IMG/VR virus record: IMGVR_UViG_3300005805_000235 | Span: 1 to 35,922 of that record | DNA: 35,922 bases | Direction: 5' to 3' (one strand) | From: a virus | Lineage: Duplodnaviria; Caudoviricetes | In this document: one piece after another, positions 35,708 to 35,922 of the stretch | Position numbering within the stretch: the stretch's first letter is position 1 | Layout: each line of letters starts with the position of its first letter | Program-made: the position numbers and the translations under genes | The notes under the pieces: generated by a model | The model's input: only the letters and a program-made list of their open reading frames with translations | What the model was told of the DNA's origin: nothing | The model's database searches: none

Positions 35708-35905
35708 GGAGACTGCCAAAATGGCAGGCGGCGCCGCCGAACTGCCAAAATGGCAGACTAACGTAAGCAATGTATGTATCAGCCGATCCTATCGGCTGAC
35801 AATAATGACAGTCAGCCAGCCAGAATGGCAGATCGCCCGCGAAAACTGCCAAAATGGCAGATGTAGCAAATCTCATGCCAGAGCAAATACTGTGCCACAA
35901 AAAAT
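35708..35905. repeat. Regulatory module copy B: four palindromes, two minus-strand sigma54 elements and a hairpin insert
   Basis: Palindromes at 35713-35727, 35742-35756, 35817-35831 (degenerate) and 35846-35860; TGGCATGAGATTTGCT at 35865-35880 and TGGCACAGTATTTGCT at 35882-35897. The first 49 nt match module A at 46/49. Confidence 0.9.
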
Positions 35906-35922
35906 AATTTTTCTACCGATTT

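Noticed and set aside
34769-35905. CRISPR or mini-CRISPR array
   Set aside because: Repeats are only 15 nt, the 14-nt linkers are themselves similar between copies, units are interrupted by genes, and there are no cas genes.
1-35922. Alternative genetic code, tail sheath, integrase, lysis genes, tRNAs, DGR or retron reverse transcriptase
   Set aside because: Genes are intact under the standard code with TAA, TAG and TGA all used as stops, and none of these elements was recognisable in the window.

Overview
A 36-kb segment of an AT-rich, large tailed dsDNA phage (Caudoviricetes). It has a long tape measure and no tail sheath gene, so it is probably siphovirus-like. Bases 1-33203 (minus strand) are one continuous packaging and morphogenesis module: a sigma70-region-2-like protein, a probable small terminase, HNH and ERCC4 nucleases, large terminase, portal, prohead protease with a nested scaffold, decoration protein, major capsid, neck proteins, two tail-tube-like paralogs, paralogous tail chaperones, a 3199-aa tape measure protein, two paralogous distal tail proteins, and a >1347-aa tail protein that leaves the window in a poly-serine tract. 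A GTGTA(T/A) motif recurs shortly upstream of many of these genes and is a candidate phage late promoter. At about 33870 the sequence changes abruptly to a plus-strand, more GC-rich region of tiny ORFs behind sigma70-like promoters. The most unusual feature is in that region: repeated non-coding modules containing five near-consensus sigma54 (-24/-12) elements, all on the minus strand, seven CTGCCA-N3-TGGCAG palindromes (three pairs spaced exactly 29 bp) that overlap the predicted sigma54 start sites, and a separate family of CCCC-N8-GGGG palindromes. Functional calls come from motif recognition and synteny only; no searches were run.
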